From the human T2T-CHM13v2.0 reference genome, Homo sapiens, in assembly GCF_009914755.1 (NCBI RefSeq), contig NC_060931.1: a DNA stretch of 64,000 nucleotides; one strand, written 5' to 3'. Shown in pieces: positions 61,023 through 64,000 of the stretch. Both the position numbers and the translations under genes were made by a program. Numbering within the stretch: the first letter of the stretch is position 1; the number at the start of each line of letters is the position of its first letter. The notes beneath the pieces are model-generated. The model was given only the letters and a program-made list of their open reading frames with translations, was not told the DNA's origin and ran no database searches.

Positions 61023-61629
61023 AAAAGTACTTTTAAATCACTATTGTAGATACTTAAAAGAGAACTCTGACATATGGCAAAAATAGAAGCAGGGCCTCGT
61101 GATACCCTCTGTGAAAGTCTTCCAGAATATTCTGAGAGACGAAGCAGATTCCTACTCCACACTCCTGCAGTACACCTCTCTTACAGCCCTTGCTGACATC
61201 TGGTGTGACCAGAAGAATCTGCTTCCATCTCTGTTACCCCCATAAAATTGAATGCTACAGTGGCAGGGACTGGGGTTTACTAGCTAATCTTTGGATCCCC
61301 AATGCTTAGTGCAATATCTGACACACGGCAAGCATTCAATGACTATTTGTTAAATGTATGACCAAGAAAAGTATCTTTTCTGATAAAGAAGTTCTTCCAA
61401 ATTTGCCCCCAAACTCCAAAAAATGAACTCTGTCCAAAGCAGCAAATCAAAACAAGGAGGAAAAAATCCATGTGTTTGTGTAATTCTGAAGGTATGAAAA
61501 GTGTTCTAGATTAACAACTACGGCAATAGAATAAAATTTATACATAATAGCTTAAAAAAGATTTCTTGTAAAGAATAATTTTGGCCTCTGTTGGCATTGG
61601 TTCATATACATGTATAATTGCCTAAGGCA

Positions 61630-62260
61630 TTTATTTATCTATTTATACTGAGGTGTACACAAATCTTAACATGTTCGATGTATCTTTACACATGTACACA
61701 CCTATATAAACACCACTCAGACCAACATATAGAATACTTACATCACCATCACCACAGAAGGTCCTCTTGTATTTTTCCTAGCAATACCATTCCTGCACCC
61801 CTATTTATATAACCATAGATTAATGTTGCTGCTCCTTGAATTTCATATAAAGGAATCATGTGTTTTGCTTCTTTTGCTCAAGATAATATGTAAAAACTGT
61901 GTATGCTGTTGTAGTTATCAGTATATAGTTTTCTCCCTTTCATTGCTGTGTAGTATTCCATTGCATCATTATGCCAGAGTTTGTTTAGCAATTTTTTCTG
62001 TTGATGGTTATTTCTAGTTTTTGGATATAGTAAAATAAACATTCTGCTTTGAACATTTTGGTACATGTCTCTTGTTGGATACAGGCATGCATTTCTCTTG
62101 GGTATATACAGGGAGTAGGCAAACGTTTAGTAGATACTACCAGTTTTCCAAGTGGTTGAACCATTTTACACTCCCACCAGAAATGTATGAGAGTTACAGT
62201 TTCTCCGCATCTTGGCCAACAGTTGATATTCCCAACCATTCGAATTAGTGTGTAGTGGTA
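61630..62260 (-). mobile_element. L1M (MC/MD-like) 3' end
   Basis: ORF remnant WWECKMVQPL; tagtattccattg. Confidence 0.8.
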
Positions 62261-62548
62261 CTTTCTATACTTTTGACTGAATAATTTGTATTCTAAAAGG
62301 ATAATATAATCTGGATTTATTAAAGCACTAACTGGACTTTCTTGGTAATGACAGAATAAATAGTGTCTGTCATTTGTGACTAACATTTTAAATTGTCTTA
62401 AACTATTGTGTGACTCAGTAGTTCAAGACAACTGTAAAATATTAGGCTTTTTTTCTGACTTTTGTCCCTTCTATGTCGGACTTAGCAAACTCCCAACTCT
62501 TTAAGCATCTGTTTGTCCTCCTCTTGAGGTGTATAGACTACATATACA

Positions 62549-62550
<2 letters not shown>

Positions 62551-62602
<52 letters not shown>
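62551..62602. repeat. (CA)~26 microsatellite
   Basis: Read directly. Confidence 0.98.
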
Positions 62603-62607
<5 letters not shown>

Positions 62608-63112
62608 TCTTAGACAATTTAGGCATTGAAAAAGAACTGAACTTAGTATTCTGAAATGTTTGTTTGAACATTAATAATGTAAACATTTTAGAAGCTGTTG
62701 GATAGTAGTTTTTACTAGATTTCTTCTATGGACATAATTCTGAAACATCATTATACACTAAACATAGAACCATATTTGTCAGTTTATAGCCCTGTAGCTT
62801 AGTTAAGGGGCAAACCACATTCCCTCTAAAGAGGTCACGCAGTCACATTTCCATTTGTTGTGAGTCTTCCCATTCACCCACGCACAGAATTTAAAAATGG
62901 GGAACCACAGCAACTATTTTGGCGGAGGGAGGCTGAAGGACAATAATCAGTGTACACATGCTGCCATTTTTTCCTTGTAGTTTAGAAACTCTGAATTAGT
63001 GTAGGAATTATTTTTTTTAAGTCAACAAACATTTGCAGAGTGCTACTTGGTGGCCAACACTCAGTGCCAGTGAATTCTAGGGTATGGTTCTTGCCCTTAC
63101 AAGGCTCATAGG

Positions 63113-64000
63113 CTTTACAGGTAAACGTGCGTCACAGGGGTTCATTGTACTGATTATTTCATCACTCAGGTGTTAAGCTTAATATCCATTATTTTTCCTG
63201 ATCCTTTCCTTCTTCGCACCCTCCACCCTCCAATAGGCCCCAGTGTATGTTGTTCCCTTCTATGTGTCCACATGTTCTCATCGTTTAGCTACTACTTGTA
63301 AGTGAGAACATGCAGTATTTGGTTTTCTGTTCCTGTGTTAGTTTGCTAAGGGTAATGGCCTCCAGCTCCAGCCATGTCCCAGCAAAGGACATGATCTCAT
63401 TTATTTTATAGCTGCATAGTATTCCATGGTGTATATGTACCACATTTTCTTTATCCAGTCTATCACTGATGGTCATTTGGGTTGATTCCAAATACCCATA
63501 AAGAAATACATGAATGATAAAGAAAATGATTCTTTGCTATTGTGAATAGTGCTGCAATGAACATGCACGTGCATGTGTCTTTATAATAGAATGATTTATA
63601 TTCCTTTGGGTATATACCCAGCAATGGGATTGCTGGATTGAATGGTACTTCTGTCTTTAGGTCTTTGAGGAATTGCCACACTGTCTTCTACAAAGGCTGA
63701 ACTAATTTACACTCCCACCAACAATGTATAAGCATTCCTTTTTCTCCACAACCTCACCAGCATCTGTTATTTTTGACTTTTTAATAATAGCAATCTGATG
63801 GTGTGAGATAATATCTCTTGTGGTTTTGATTTGCATTTCTCTAATGATCAGTGATGTTGAGCTTTTTTTCGTGATTGTTGGCTGCATGTACGTCTTCTTT
63901 TGAAAAGTGTCTGTTCATGTCATTTGCCCACTTTTTTATCGTTTTTTTTCCTTGTAAATTTGTATGTTTCTTATAGATGCTCCATATTAGACCTTTGTTG
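63113..64000 (-). mobile_element. L1PA (older) 3' end running off the window
   Basis: ORF2 C-terminal remnants (WQFLKDLKTEVPFNPAIPLLGIYPKEYKSFYYKDTCT; EIMSFAGTW). Confidence 0.93.

Noticed and set aside
62551-62760. Cryptic exon next to the third (UG)n tract
   Set aside because: No convincing donor was found upstream on the sense strand.
60650-64000. L1 ORF2-like ORFs as active genes
   Set aside because: Truncated, frameshifted fossils.

Overview
This is primate (very likely human) intronic DNA from the CDK6 gene, which is transcribed on the minus strand. The only coding sequence I can support is one 110-bp internal exon at 45384-45493. It encodes [36 protein letters not shown](K) (kinase subdomains VIII-IX; exon 5 in the usual numbering) and is missing from the ORF track. 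Everything else is flanking intron, densely filled with about 20 Alus, L1/L2/L3/MIR fragments, MaLR/ERV LTRs, Tigger/hAT DNA transposons and microsatellites. None of the listed ORFs looks like a real gene. The most interesting observations are: (1) two candidate cryptic exons, each about 80-90 nt upstream of a long sense-strand (UG)n tract, one a poison exon and one in-frame in the activation segment, which could be a TDP-43-linked control; (2) a recent 249-bp local duplication fused to a truncated AluY; (3) an ERV1 LTR fragment carrying a poly(A) tail and TSD, apparently mobilised by L1; (4) dense MYB/RUNX/ETS/AP-1 motif clusters that look like intronic enhancers. Repeat subfamily names come from visual recognition and are unverified. 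I see no clear evidence of a wholly new biological system.
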